The notes under the pieces: generated by a model
The model's input: the letters and a program-made list of their open reading frames with translations, nothing else
Databases searched by the model: none
What the model was told of the DNA's origin: nothing
From: Solirubrobacteraceae bacterium
GTDB lineage: Bacteria > Actinomycetota > Thermoleophilia > Solirubrobacterales > Solirubrobacteraceae
NCBI GenBank assembly: GCA_036269095.1
Contig: DATASU010000014.1
Coordinates: forward strand, 27-64,026
Direction: 5' to 3'
DNA: 64,000 bases
Translations under genes and position numbers: made by a program
Shown here: positions 1 through 9,337 of the stretch, piece by piece
Layout: every line of letters begins with the position of its first letter
How positions within the stretch are numbered: the first letter of the stretch is position 1

Positions 1-475
1 ACACGACGAACGTCATCGCCATGAACACGCCGCTGAGCAGCAGCAGGCGTGCGAGGGCGTTGGGCGCGTGCGCGGGTACGAACTGTGGGAGGAACGCGAA
101 GAAGAACACGGTCAGCTTCGGGTTGAGCAGATTCGACAGCATTGCCGAGCCGATCACCCGCGCCGCCGACCGCGACGGCTGATCGGCGTCGAGCTGCAGT
201 TGGCTGTGGTCGCGCCAGGTGGTAACGGCCATGAGCAGCAGGTAGGCAACGCCGGCGAGCCGCAGCGCGTCGAACGCGAGCCCGCTGGTGCGGAGCAACG
301 CGGCGGTCCCGGTGACGGCAGCGATCAGGTGCGGGACGATCCCCAGCGTGCAGCCGAACGCGGCGATCACGCCGGCGCGTGCTCCACAGGCGATCGCGGC
401 CGAGAGTGTGATCAGCACCCCGGTGCCGGGGATCGCGACGATCACCAGCGACGTCAGCAGGAACTCGACACTCAC
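1..475 (-). CDS. LysE/RhtB family translocator (3' end runs off the window)
   Basis: Manual translation from GTG 475: MSVEFLLTSLVIVAIPGTGV...GCTLGIVPH...LLNPKLTVFFFAFLPQFV, the LysE PG and NPK motifs; TACGAT -10 just upstream (leaderless). Not in the ORF track. Confidence 0.9.
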   Translation of the reverse strand, partial: MSVEFLLTSLVIVAIPGTGVLITLSAAIACGARAGVIAAFGCTLGIVPHLIAAVTGTAALLRTSGLAFDALRLAGVAYLLLMAVTTWRDHSQLQLDADQPSRSAARVIGSAMLSNLLNPKLTVFFFAFLPQFVPAHAPNALARLLLLSGVFMAMTFVV

Positions 476-523
476 AGCGCGGATCGTACGGGAGGCGTCG
501 GTGCTCGGTTCTATGCTCGACTC

Positions 524-2449
524 GTGCTGCTCGGCCGTCCCGCAGACAAACGCGTCGGCGCCCGCGGCGCGGTCGCTGTCGGCACCGCGGCTGTCGTCGC
601 GGTGCTCGTCGCCGGTTGTGGCGGCACTGCGCCCCCGAAGCCGGGGGTGACACTCAACGCGTTCCTGTCCGCCTGGACCAGCGGTCGCTGGGCCGCGGCG
701 CGTGCCCAGGTCGCCGATCCGCCGAAGGACTTCGTGTCGCTGAACAGTGCGGTTTTCTCGGGGCTGGGTGTCTCGCGGGTGAGCATCACCGCCGGCCGGC
801 TGCGGACGGCAAGGTCGGGCGCCCGTGCCAAGGCTCGCGTCACCGAGCGCTACGCGCTCCCGCACATCGGGTCACTGTCGATGGCCGGCACCGTGAATCT
901 GATCAAACGCCGCGGCATGTGGAGGGTGCACTGGACGCCGGCGACGATCGATCCCCGGCTCGCGGCCGGCGACAGGATCGTCGTCAACCGCGTCTGGCCG
1001 GCGCGCGGGGCGATCCTCGGTGCCGGCGGCGTCCCGCTCACCAAGCAGGATCAGCAGGTGGTCGTTGGTGTCGAGGGCCAGCGCATCAAGCAGCCAAAGG
1101 CCGTCCGCGCGGACCTGATCGGGGCCGGCGCGCCGGCCGCGCAGGTGCGCGCCGCGCTCGCCGCGGCCAAGCTGCATCCCACCTACTTCGAGCCGATCTT
1201 CACGATCACCCAGGCGCGCTTCAACACGCTCAAGGCCGCGCCCGGCCCGACCAACGTCTACAGCGTCCCGGGAACACAGTTCGAGGCCTCGACCCAGACC
1301 GTCGGGATCACCAGGCAGCTGACCGCTCACCTGATCGGCAGCGTCGGGCCGATCACAGCCGAGCAGCTGAAGCATCTCGGCTTTCCCTACGACGCTTCGA
1401 GCGACGTGGGGCAGACCGGGATCCAGGCCAGCGCGGAGCGCACGCTGGCCGGAACGCCCACCACACACGTCGACATCGACAACCAGGTTGGCACGCCAGT
1501 CGTGCAACTCGCGCACTACGCCGGAACGAACGGGACGGCCGTCAACACGAGCATCGACCCGAAGATCCAGCGGGCGGCCGAGGCAGCGCTCGCGACCGCT
1601 ACCCACCACAACGTCTCGATGGTCGCGATCAACGCGACCACCGGCCAGGTGCTGGCCGCCGTTTCGGATCCGCTGAGCACCTACGACACCGCGTTCCAGG
1701 GCGCCTATCCGCCCGGTTCGACCTTCAAGGTGCTGACCTCCTCTGCACTCTTCACAAACGGGCTCAGCCCATCGTCGCCCGCGACCTGCCCACAGACGAT
1801 CACCGTCGATGGTGAGGTATTCCATAACGCCGAGGGTGACCAGCCGGTCTCGACGCTCGCCCAGGCGTTCACCGAGTCGTGCAACACGGCCTTCATCGGG
1901 CTCGCGACTCAGCATCTCAACGCCGCCGACTTCCCGGCCGTGGCCGAGCTCTACGGGTTGCAGCGCACCCCGCAGCTCGGGGTCCCGGCGTTCATGGACA
2001 ACATCATCAAGCCGAGCAGCCAGACCGAGCTCGCGGCCGACTCGATCGGCCAGGGCACCGTCACCTTCTCGGCGCTCGGAATGGCAACGGTCGCCGCCGC
2101 GATCGACTCCGGCGTGGTCCGCGCCCCACGGCTCGTGGCCGGAGCGCCCGACGACACGATTGCCAGCTCGACGCTGCCACGCAAGCTGGTCGCGGAGCTG
2201 CGCACGATGATGGCGGCAGTCGTCAGCAGCGGCACCGCGGCGGGTCAGGGCCTGCCGGCCGGAACCTATGCCAAGACCGGGACTGCCGAGTACGGGACCG
2301 GTCCCGCGTCAAAGCTCAAGATCGACGGCTGGCTGATGGGCTTCCGCGGCAACGTCGCCTTCGCGATCGTGACCCACAACACCGGTGGCGGCAACGGCGG
2401 CCCGGTCAACGCGCCGATCATCGCCAGGTTCCTGAACGCGATCTCCTGA
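524..2449 (+). CDS. Penicillin-binding transpeptidase, lipoprotein, with NTF2-like N-terminal domain
   Basis: SxxK (GSTFK), SxN (SCN) and KTG motifs; lipobox LVAGC. Start moved to GTG 524 because TATGCT -10 lies 6 nt upstream and the longer ORF overlaps lysE. Confidence 0.9.
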   Translation: MLLGRPADKRVGARGAVAVGTAAVVAVLVAGCGGTAPPKPGVTLNAFLSAWTSGRWAAARAQVADPPKDFVSLNSAVFSGLGVSRVSITAGRLRTARSGARAKARVTERYALPHIGSLSMAGTVNLIKRRGMWRVHWTPATIDPRLAAGDRIVVNRVWPARGAILGAGGVPLTKQDQQVVVGVEGQRIKQPKAVRADLIGAGAPAAQVRAALAAAKLHPTYFEPIFTITQARFNTLKAAPGPTNVYSVPGTQFEASTQTVGITRQLTAHLIGSVGPITAEQLKHLGFPYDASSDVGQTGIQASAERTLAGTPTTHVDIDNQVGTPVVQLAHYAGTNGTAVNTSIDPKIQRAAEAALATATHHNVSMVAINATTGQVLAAVSDPLSTYDTAFQGAYPPGSTFKVLTSSALFTNGLSPSSPATCPQTITVDGEVFHNAEGDQPVSTLAQAFTESCNTAFIGLATQHLNAADFPAVAELYGLQRTPQLGVPAFMDNIIKPSSQTELAADSIGQGTVTFSALGMATVAAAIDSGVVRAPRLVAGAPDDTIASSTLPRKLVAELRTMMAAVVSSGTAAGQGLPAGTYAKTGTAEYGTGPASKLKIDGWLMGFRGNVAFAIVTHNTGGGNGGPVNAPIIARFLNAIS

Positions 2450-2524
2450 TCGCCCGATACCGACCCCGCCCGACACCGCACAACACCGCCCGACCGCGAC
2501 CTCTGGTCGGCGCCGGCCCGGCCG

Positions 2525-3691
2525 TCAGGGCTCGATCAGCACGGTCCGCGCCCACTCCGGCGGCTGCCAGTTGCTGCGCAGCCAGCCGTCCTTCAGCAGC
2601 CCGACGATCACGCGCACGCCCTTCGGCGGCAGCTCCGGCCAGGGCGTGAAGCCGTCCGTCAGCACGATCACGATCGATGGGCGCGGACGCAGTGTCACGG
2701 CAGCCTCGATCCCGGCGCCCATGTCGGTCCCGCCGCCTCCGCCGAGCTTCACCTGGCGTGAGCTCGACACACGGCTGATCGCATGCACGTCGGTGTCCAC
2801 TGCAAGCACGCGAACGCGCTGGCCGCGCAGGCCCGCACGGCTGAGCACCGCCTCGACCTCGGACAGCGCGCGCCCGAGCAGGTCGTCGTGCATCGAGCCC
2901 GAGGTGTCGAACACGATCACCACGTCGGGCACGGGACGCTCTAGCCGTGGCGTGATCACCTCGGGGGTGAGGTGGCTGCGGCGCGACGGTCGCCGATAGC
3001 TGTAGTCGACCTGCCCGGCGACGGCAGCCACGGCGCTGCGCACCTCGGCGGCGAGGATCTTGCGCCAGTCGATCCTGCTCGGCAGCACTTCCTCCGCCCA
3101 ACGCAGCCAGCCGCCGGGCACCGTCCCCGGCAGTTGCGCTTCGGCCGCATGGATCTCGGCTGCGACGCCCAGGCGCAGCAGCTCGCCCTGGCGTTGACCG
3201 ATCCCGCTGCGGGCGTCACCCGACCGGGCGCAGCCATCGGCGCCCGAGCCGCAGTCCCACCTGCGTGGACCGTCATCTCCGCGCTCGTAATAATGCTCCG
3301 CGAGCTTTCCGGGCTCGCAGCCGAGGCCGCCGGGGAGATCGTTTGCGACCTCGGGGACGAGACCGCCTGCTTCGAGGTCGTCGTTGATCTCGGCATCGCC
3401 GGCGCGGTTCCAGCGTCCACGCTGGTTCTCCGCCTCGACACCGAGGCTGCGCGCGCGGCTTGCGTGGTCGCGCAGCAGATGTCCGGTCAGATGAATGATC
3501 AGGCGCCCGAGCTCGTCGACTGAGGTGGCGGCGATCACCTCGGGATCGGCGTGCAGTTGCCAGGTGCTGTCGACGCGGACCGTCGCGGTGTCGGGCGCGG
3601 AATGCACGTCGCAGGCGAAGATCGCGCTTGCGAGGTACGGCATCCGGCTCGTTGCCCACACGCGTGCGGCAGCCAGCCGGGGGTCCATCAC
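2525..3691 (-). CDS. DUF2201-type metallopeptidase-like + vWA domain protein
   Basis: MIDAS DTSGSM, GGGTD and LTDG; N-terminal HLTGHLLRDH and DAEINDDL; CGSGADG motif; 4-bp overlap with the AAA gene. Confidence 0.85.
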   Translation of the reverse strand: MMDPRLAAARVWATSRMPYLASAIFACDVHSAPDTATVRVDSTWQLHADPEVIAATSVDELGRLIIHLTGHLLRDHASRARSLGVEAENQRGRWNRAGDAEINDDLEAGGLVPEVANDLPGGLGCEPGKLAEHYYERGDDGPRRWDCGSGADGCARSGDARSGIGQRQGELLRLGVAAEIHAAEAQLPGTVPGGWLRWAEEVLPSRIDWRKILAAEVRSAVAAVAGQVDYSYRRPSRRSHLTPEVITPRLERPVPDVVIVFDTSGSMHDDLLGRALSEVEAVLSRAGLRGQRVRVLAVDTDVHAISRVSSSRQVKLGGGGGTDMGAGIEAAVTLRPRPSIVIVLTDGFTPWPELPPKGVRVIVGLLKDGWLRSNWQPPEWARTVLIEP

Positions 3692-4800
3692 AACAATCCG
3701 GCGTCCTGAAGCAGCGGCAGGAAGTTCTTGACCTCCGGTGGCACCGGTGCGCCCGCGGGACGTGCCCGCGCGAGCGTGCGGGCGGCAGCCGCCGCGACGT
3801 CCGGTGCCATCAGCCCGGCGCGCCCGAAGGCGCGCCAGCCACGCTCCCAGCGGTCGGCCGTGGCGTCGGCGGCGACGGCTGCGGCGATCGACGACAGCAC
3901 CGCGTACTGGCGGTCACCGCGGTCGGGCAGCACGAAGCTGTCGGGATCGGCGAGCACCGCCTCGGGATCGGGCAGGTCGGCCTCGGCCAGCCAGGTCAGG
4001 AACTCGACGCCAGGACCGGGTCCGACACAGCCGCGGATCAGCAGTGAGAGCGCCAGCTCATCGATACCGGCCGCCTCGGCCACCGCGTGCAGGCGCGCGG
4101 CCATGTCCCAGCTGCGCGGGCTCGGCCACGCGCGTCCCGCGCCGGCGGCGTCGTCGGGGACCGCCAGCGCGAGCGTCGGGCGCACGGTCAGGAACCCGCC
4201 GATCCAACTGCGGATGATCGGCAGCCGCTGCTCCCAGCCGCCGACAACCTCGGGCGGTCGCGGGGTCCGCCAGCCGCCGGCGAACCCATCGGCGACGGTC
4301 CGTGCGTCGACCGGCCAGTCGAGATGGCAGAAGCGGTTCGCCAGCGGCGGTGATAGCTCCCAGCCGTCGGCTGCCTGATCGGGCGGGTTGGCCGCGGCGA
4401 CCACCGCCACCGCAGCGGGCAGCTCGAGGTCGCCGACGGTGCGCTCGAGCACGACGCGCAGCAGCGCCGCCTGCACGGCCGGCGGCGCGGTGGAGATCTC
4501 GTCGAAGAACACGAGACCCTCACCCTCCCGCGCGAGATTGATCGCCCACGACGGCGGCGCGAAGCTCACCTGCGGCGCGCCGCCATTGGAGCCTGCGGTG
4601 TGATTGACCACCGGCAACCCGGCGAAGTCCGCCGGCTCGCGGATCGATGCGATCACCGTCTCGCACGGCAGCCCTGCCGCCTGTGCCATCCCGCGGATCA
4701 CGGAGGTCTTGCCCGTACCCGGCGCGCCCCACAGCAGCACCGGGACGTTGGCGGCGACCGCCACCCCCAGCGCGTCGATCACCGCTGCCTGGTTCTCCAT
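3688..4800 (-). CDS. MoxR/dynein-related AAA+ ATPase
   Basis: Walker A GAPGTGKT, Walker B FFDE, sensor AAANP, Arg finger LANRF. Real start MENQ at 4800; the upstream ORF extension is antisense to the next gene. Confidence 0.9.
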   Translation of the reverse strand: MENQAAVIDALGVAVAANVPVLLWGAPGTGKTSVIRGMAQAAGLPCETVIASIREPADFAGLPVVNHTAGSNGGAPQVSFAPPSWAINLAREGEGLVFFDEISTAPPAVQAALLRVVLERTVGDLELPAAVAVVAAANPPDQAADGWELSPPLANRFCHLDWPVDARTVADGFAGGWRTPRPPEVVGGWEQRLPIIRSWIGGFLTVRPTLALAVPDDAAGAGRAWPSPRSWDMAARLHAVAEAAGIDELALSLLIRGCVGPGPGVEFLTWLAEADLPDPEAVLADPDSFVLPDRGDRQYAVLSSIAAAVAADATADRWERGWRAFGRAGLMAPDVAAAAARTLARARPAGAPVPPEVKNFLPLLQDAGLL

Positions 4801-4827
4801 CCGTCGGGAGTGTGGCACGCTCCGCCC
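4801..4827. promoter_or_regulatory. 27-bp near-palindromic divergent promoter region (two leaderless starts)
   Basis: ggagtgtg-g-cacgctcc inverted repeat (7/8); CACGCT 6 nt before ATG 4828 and CACACT 8 nt before ATG 4800 on the other strand. Confidence 0.5.
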
Positions 4828-6102
4828 ATGGCCCCGTTCGATCCTGAGCTGTACCTGCGGCTGCTCGGTGAGCGTGAGCTCATCCGCCGTGGGTCCGATC
4901 GCGGCAACGCGCCCAACGGCGAGCTGATCGAGGCAGCGCGGGCGCTGGTCGAGGTGGGCGCGATCGAGCGCGCTATCGCCTCCGAGGTGATCGACGGCTA
5001 CGACCTGGCCGCTGGGCTTCGCGCTGCGCGTGGGCTCTGGCGCAGGAACCGGCCCGGAGCGCTCGCTCAGCGCCGCGCTTCCGCCGCGGCAGCCGCTGCG
5101 CCGGAGCGACGGATGGTGATCTGCGACGTCAGGCTTGAGCGGCCGAACGAGGAGATCCGGATACGCACCGTGACGCTGTCGGAGGCCGAGACGCGGTTCG
5201 CTGTGAAGGTTCGTCAGTTCGACCCGCCCAACTCGTCCGCGAGCCGTGTGCGCCCCTCGCAGCCGGCACTCAACTACACGGTGATCGATGACCGCGGCGC
5301 CAGATGCGGGACTCGCTTCAGCGGAATGGGCAGCGAGCGCGAATGGCATGGTCGCTTGACGACTGACTCTCCACTCGCCGTGGACACCGCCTGGATCGAG
5401 TTCGATGGCACGAGGTTCGAGCTCGAGGACGTACCCGGCACGAGCACGATCACGATCGAGCCGGTCCCGCAGGGCGACCCGGCGCTCGGGTACCTCTGGT
5501 TCTGGCTGACATCGGTACAGCGGCATTTCCATCAGAGCGGCGCCACTCCAGTCATCGATGCGCTCGTCGCTGCCGGGTCGGTGGACGCCGAGGATCCTCA
5601 ACTCGAGCTGATCCGCGAGCTCGCTGAGAACGGGGGAGCCTGGCGTCATGGGGGACGCCAGGCGGGCGGCCCGCAGGCCGGCCTGGGCGACGCACCGCCG
5701 GAGTGGAGATCGCTGCTGGCACCCCGCCAGCAGCGAGCCGCAACCGGCAGCATCTCGCTGATCGCGGTCACTCCGCCGTTCGATGGCTTCACCGTGGCAC
5801 TCAATGAGATCAGCACCGACAACGATGCCTGGACGCTCGAGTTCGATGTCAGTCCTGGGATCATGCACGGCCCGTTCGGCCACTCGCTCGACGACCGTCG
5901 GCTCGCATGGTGGGCGGTCGACGACCTCGGTCAGCACTATCTGGGCGAGCTGAATGGGTCCGCAGGCGGACCCGACCAGACCACCGGGACCCTGCAGTTC
6001 CGGCCCGCGATCGACCGCAGGGCCAAGCGTCTCACGGTCTTGCCGACCGGGCGCCACGAACGCGCGCGCATCGAATTTCCCCTCGCCTGGGGTGAGATGT
6101 GA
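4828..6102 (+). CDS. Hypothetical protein with apparent internal domain duplication
   Basis: Starts MAPFDPELYLRLLGE; repeated motifs ALVEVGAI/ALVAAGSV and VIDDRG/AVDDLG; coupled to the next gene by GTGA overlap. Confidence 0.75.
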   Translation: MAPFDPELYLRLLGERELIRRGSDRGNAPNGELIEAARALVEVGAIERAIASEVIDGYDLAAGLRAARGLWRRNRPGALAQRRASAAAAAAPERRMVICDVRLERPNEEIRIRTVTLSEAETRFAVKVRQFDPPNSSASRVRPSQPALNYTVIDDRGARCGTRFSGMGSEREWHGRLTTDSPLAVDTAWIEFDGTRFELEDVPGTSTITIEPVPQGDPALGYLWFWLTSVQRHFHQSGATPVIDALVAAGSVDAEDPQLELIRELAENGGAWRHGGRQAGGPQAGLGDAPPEWRSLLAPRQQRAATGSISLIAVTPPFDGFTVALNEISTDNDAWTLEFDVSPGIMHGPFGHSLDDRRLAWWAVDDLGQHYLGELNGSAGGPDQTTGTLQFRPAIDRRAKRLTVLPTGRHERARIEFPLAWGEM

Positions 6103-6941
6103 TCGGTTCGTGGTGGACGGGGATACCTGCGACCGAGGCGACGCTCAGCTGCGGGGATCAAACCCACAGGCTCGTGTGGAACGCGGGCGAGCTCACTGCG
6201 CCCGACCATCCCGATCCCGAGGGCGAGCGCGCGCTCGCGGTGCTCGGCGGTGAGCCGATCCCCTGCATCACGATGCTCGACACCTGGCACCGTCACATCG
6301 ATGATCCGCAGATCCTGCTGCTGAGCTCGCGCGGGCCGGCCGATCTGATCGCGACGCAGGAGGAGATGCCCCAGCCGCAAGGGCGCCCGTCGCGCCTGCC
6401 GCGCGGCGGCCGGGCCGGTCGGCCCGGTGCCGGCAGCGTCCGGATGATCGCGAGCAGCGTCGGCCCGAGCCGGGCCACGGCGCCGGCATCCGAGTCCGGC
6501 GGCGAACAGGACCTGGCGCGTCTGCTGTCGCTCGGCGGCGCCGTCGGGCGCCGGCTCGAGACCACCGTCGCCGCCCACTGGCAGGCGCGGCTCCTGGACC
6601 CAGACGACGAGACCCGCCGCCTGCGCGCGCGCCTGCACGCCGCCGTCTACGGCCGTCTGCTGACCACGCTCAGCGGCTGGCTCGATGAGCGTGACCTGGT
6701 GCTCGAGCTCGAGCTGCTCCCGCCGGGCGAGCGAGGCTCGATCACCCGCGACGCCTCCGGTGCGATTCAGGCGGCACTTCCGTTCGACTGGCTGGTCGCT
6801 GTATGGGGCCGCGGGCTCGAGACGATCTGGGGGCGCTTCTGTCTCGCCGCATCGAGCGACGACGGCCGCGAGTGGCGGCTCGAGACGGTCGACCCGGGTC
6901 TGCGCGAACCGCAGACTGTGACGGTCGCGCTGCCGACATGA
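6099..6941 (+). CDS. Hypothetical protein with C-x4-H...H...C putative metal site
   Basis: LSCGDQTHRLVW...PDHPDPEGERALAVLGGEPIPC; good codon bias; overlapping start. Confidence 0.75.
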   Translation: MIGSWWTGIPATEATLSCGDQTHRLVWNAGELTAPDHPDPEGERALAVLGGEPIPCITMLDTWHRHIDDPQILLLSSRGPADLIATQEEMPQPQGRPSRLPRGGRAGRPGAGSVRMIASSVGPSRATAPASESGGEQDLARLLSLGGAVGRRLETTVAAHWQARLLDPDDETRRLRARLHAAVYGRLLTTLSGWLDERDLVLELELLPPGERGSITRDASGAIQAALPFDWLVAVWGRGLETIWGRFCLAASSDDGREWRLETVDPGLREPQTVTVALPT

Positions 6942-6974
6942 GCAACGGCGGCGCGCGCCAGCGGCTCGTGCGTC

Positions 6975-7892
6975 CTATCTGATCGGCGGCGGATCAGCCT
7001 CGGCACTCGCGAGCAGCGCCGGGTCCCACTGGCATGCGGTGCACGCGTGGCGCAGCGCCGAGCGCGCGAAGCCGAGCGCCGTCGAGTAAGGATCGGCGCT
7101 TGCTCCGGCGTCGTTCCAGTCGAGCACGAACTCACCGAGCGTCGGATCCCAGCGCGCGGCCTCGGGCGTCAATGACGACTCGGTGAAGCCGTCGACATGC
7201 GGATGGGCGTAGGCGTAGAACGCCGCCTTTGGGTAACGCGGATCGCCCGGCCACCAGCCGACGGCCACCTCCTGTGAATCCATCGCGTTGCGCATGATGA
7301 AGTCGTCCGATGGCGCCTCGGCCGGCGCCCCCGAGAACAGGCTGACGGCGAGGTCGAACGAGCCCCACCATGCGTTCACAGGCGTGGAGCGGCCACGGTA
7401 CGGCGCGCGATAGGCGGCCAGCACCAGCGCGGCCTGGGTCGCGGCCGCGAAGTAGCGCTCGACCGCATCGCGGTCATAGGCCGTGTGCTCCTCGTCCTGA
7501 TCGAGCGCCACCTTCCACCACACCTCCTGCGGATCGAGCTCGAGCTCGACCGGACCGGCCAGCGCAGTGATCGCGGCGAGCAGCTCACGGGTCACCGCGC
7601 CGACGGATCGAGCGGGCTCGAGCGCGACCCGCCGGGCGGCTCCGGAGCTGTGCTCGACGAACGCCTCGTGGCTGCGGAGGTCGAGCCCGGCAACGATCGC
7701 GCCCGAACCATTGCCTGCCGGCAGCGGCAGCGTCTCCCAGCCGCGCGCTGTCAGCCGCAGGGCCGCGTGCTGAAGCTGCGGCTCGGGCGCGGCGAGCGCG
7801 GCCGCGAGCTTGCCGAGCACCTGCGTGTGCGCGTGCAGCGTGTCACACGTCGCGCTCCAGCCCTGGTAGTCGACCGACGCCCACGAACTCAT
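6975..7892 (-). CDS. DUF5996 family protein
   Basis: TCDTLHAHTQVLGK, WWGSFDLAVSLFSG, GWWPG, FYAYAHP and LGEFVL match the family pattern from memory; ATG 7892 with GGAGG RBS. Confidence 0.75.
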   Translation of the reverse strand: MSSWASVDYQGWSATCDTLHAHTQVLGKLAAALAAPEPQLQHAALRLTARGWETLPLPAGNGSGAIVAGLDLRSHEAFVEHSSGAARRVALEPARSVGAVTRELLAAITALAGPVELELDPQEVWWKVALDQDEEHTAYDRDAVERYFAAATQAALVLAAYRAPYRGRSTPVNAWWGSFDLAVSLFSGAPAEAPSDDFIMRNAMDSQEVAVGWWPGDPRYPKAAFYAYAHPHVDGFTESSLTPEAARWDPTLGEFVLDWNDAGASADPYSTALGFARSALRHACTACQWDPALLASAEADPPPIR

Positions 7893-7971
7893 TGCCGCCT
7901 CCTGTTCAAAGCCTTGGGTGCGGAGTGTCGCAGCTGCCGCATCGCTCTTCAGTGACGCTGCCTCTCTGATA

Positions 7972-7994
7972 TTTTCCAATTGAATTGTGTAAAA
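7972..7994. promoter_or_regulatory. Candidate operator TTTTCCAATTGAATTGTGTAAAA
   Basis: AT-rich imperfect palindrome; 17/23 identical to 8609-8631. Confidence 0.55.
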
Positions 7995-8017
7995 CTCTGT
8001 CTGGAAGGACCGCCTCT

Positions 8018-8284
8018 ATGACCTACGTGATCGCGGAGCCGTGCATCGGCGTCAAGGACAATTCGTGCGTCGAGGTCTGCCCGGTCGACTGCATCCATCC
8101 GACGCCCGACGAGCGCGGGTACGGCGACGCCGAGCAGCTGTTCATAGACCCCGAGGAATGCATCGACTGCGATGCCTGCGTCGAGGCCTGTCCGGTGGAT
8201 GCGATCTTTGCCGAGGATCAGCTGCCCTCGGAGTGGCGCCACTACGCGCAGATCAACGCCGATCACTACCGGCCGCGTCGATGA
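8018..8284 (+). CDS. fdxA: 7Fe (3Fe-4S/4Fe-4S) ferredoxin
   Basis: MTYVIAEPC...[11 protein letters not shown]...[13 protein letters not shown]; GGAAGG RBS. Confidence 0.92.
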   Translation: MTYVIAEPCIGVKDNSCVEVCPVDCIHPTPDERGYGDAEQLFIDPEECIDCDACVEACPVDAIFAEDQLPSEWRHYAQINADHYRPRR

Positions 8285-8583
8285 CGGAGATCGACGAGGC
8301 ACAGATCCTCGACGCGCTGGGAGCGGTGATCGACCCCGAGCTGGGCCTGGACATCGTGAGCCTCGGGCTCGTCTATGAGATCGTGAGCACGCCGGAGGAG
8401 GTCCAGGTGATCCACACGCTCACCTCGCCCGGGTGCCCGATGGCGACGCACATCGCGATGGCGATCGTGTCCGAGGTCGCGCCGCTCTGCCCGGGCAGAA
8501 CTGTCCGGCCGGTCGTTGTGTTTTCCCCGCGCTGGGGGCTCGAGCGGATCAGTGAAGAGGCCAGATTCGCGCTCGGGTTCTGA
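8281..8583 (+). CDS. DUF59/SufT-PaaD-like metal-sulfur cluster assembly factor
   Basis: [30 protein letters not shown]...EEARFALG; ATGA overlap. Confidence 0.9.
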   Translation: MTEIDEAQILDALGAVIDPELGLDIVSLGLVYEIVSTPEEVQVIHTLTSPGCPMATHIAMAIVSEVAPLCPGRTVRPVVVFSPRWGLERISEEARFALGF

Positions 8584-8608
8584 CATGCGGGTCACCCGTT
8601 GCGATGGT

Positions 8609-8631
8609 TTTTCTAGTGGCATTGTGCGAAA
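8609..8631. promoter_or_regulatory. Candidate operator TTTTCTAGTGGCATTGTGCGAAA
   Basis: Second copy of the 7972-7994 motif, just upstream of the HTH regulator. Confidence 0.55.
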
Positions 8632-8641
8632 CTCGGCGACG

Positions 8642-9337
8642 ATGGACGTACCTGTCCGCCCCGGTGACGCGCTGTCCCAGCCGACCCGCGCGCGCGTGTT
8701 CGCGTTGCTCGGCGAGTTGGGTAGGCCGGCCGCCACCGAAGAGCTGGCGGAGGAGCTCGGCCTGCATCCCAACGGGATCCGGATACACCTCGAGCGTCTG
8801 CTCAAGGCGGGCCTGGTCGAACGGCGCCTCGAGCGAATCGACCGCGGACGGCCCCGCGACACCTGGACGATCAGCGCGGACGCCCAGCCGGGCGGCGATC
8901 CACCGACCGGCTACGCCTCGCTGTCGCGCTGGCTGGTGCGCTCGCTCGTCGCCAGCGGTGCCCGGGTGCGCGACCTGGAGGCCACGGGTCGCGGGATCGG
9001 ACAGGGTCTCGCGGCCGAGTATCAGGGCGCGGGCTCGGCCGAGCAGGCGCTGTTCGACGGACTCGCAGCGCTGGGGTTCCAGCCGGTGCGGGAGCCGGTC
9101 GTCAAGGGCCGGGTGAGCTACCGGCTGCGCAACTGCCCCTACCGCGAAGCCGTGCACGAACGCCAGCCGCTCGTGTGCGCACTGCATCGCGGGTTGACCA
9201 GCGGCTTTCTGGAGATCGTTGACCCGGACAGCAAGCTGGTCGGCTTCGAGCCCAAGGATCCTGACCTCGCCGGCTGCATGATCCGCGTCCGCGGACCGGT
9301 CGCCCGTGACGTGCCGGGCAGCGACGGCGCCGCGTGA
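8642..9337 (+). CDS. ArsR/SufR-like HTH regulator with C-terminal Cys motifs
   Basis: wHTH (LAEELGLHPNGIRIHLERL...GRP); NCPY, VCALH and a distal Cys. Confidence 0.85.
   Translation: MDVPVRPGDALSQPTRARVFALLGELGRPAATEELAEELGLHPNGIRIHLERLLKAGLVERRLERIDRGRPRDTWTISADAQPGGDPPTGYASLSRWLVRSLVASGARVRDLEATGRGIGQGLAAEYQGAGSAEQALFDGLAALGFQPVREPVVKGRVSYRLRNCPYREAVHERQPLVCALHRGLTSGFLEIVDPDSKLVGFEPKDPDLAGCMIRVRGPVARDVPGSDGAA

Noticed and set aside
68-523. Long N-terminal extension of the PBP ORF
   Set aside because: It is the antisense shadow of lysE; the lipoprotein signal and -10 support GTG 524.
2450-2524. C-rich ccgac/ccgcc reiterations as CRISPR or a tandem array
   Set aside because: Irregular low-complexity sequence, no constant repeat-spacer period, no cas genes.
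4801-6057. 789-aa AAA ORF as a large fusion protein
   Set aside because: The upstream part is antisense to the plus-strand gene 4828..6102; the ATPase starts at MENQ.
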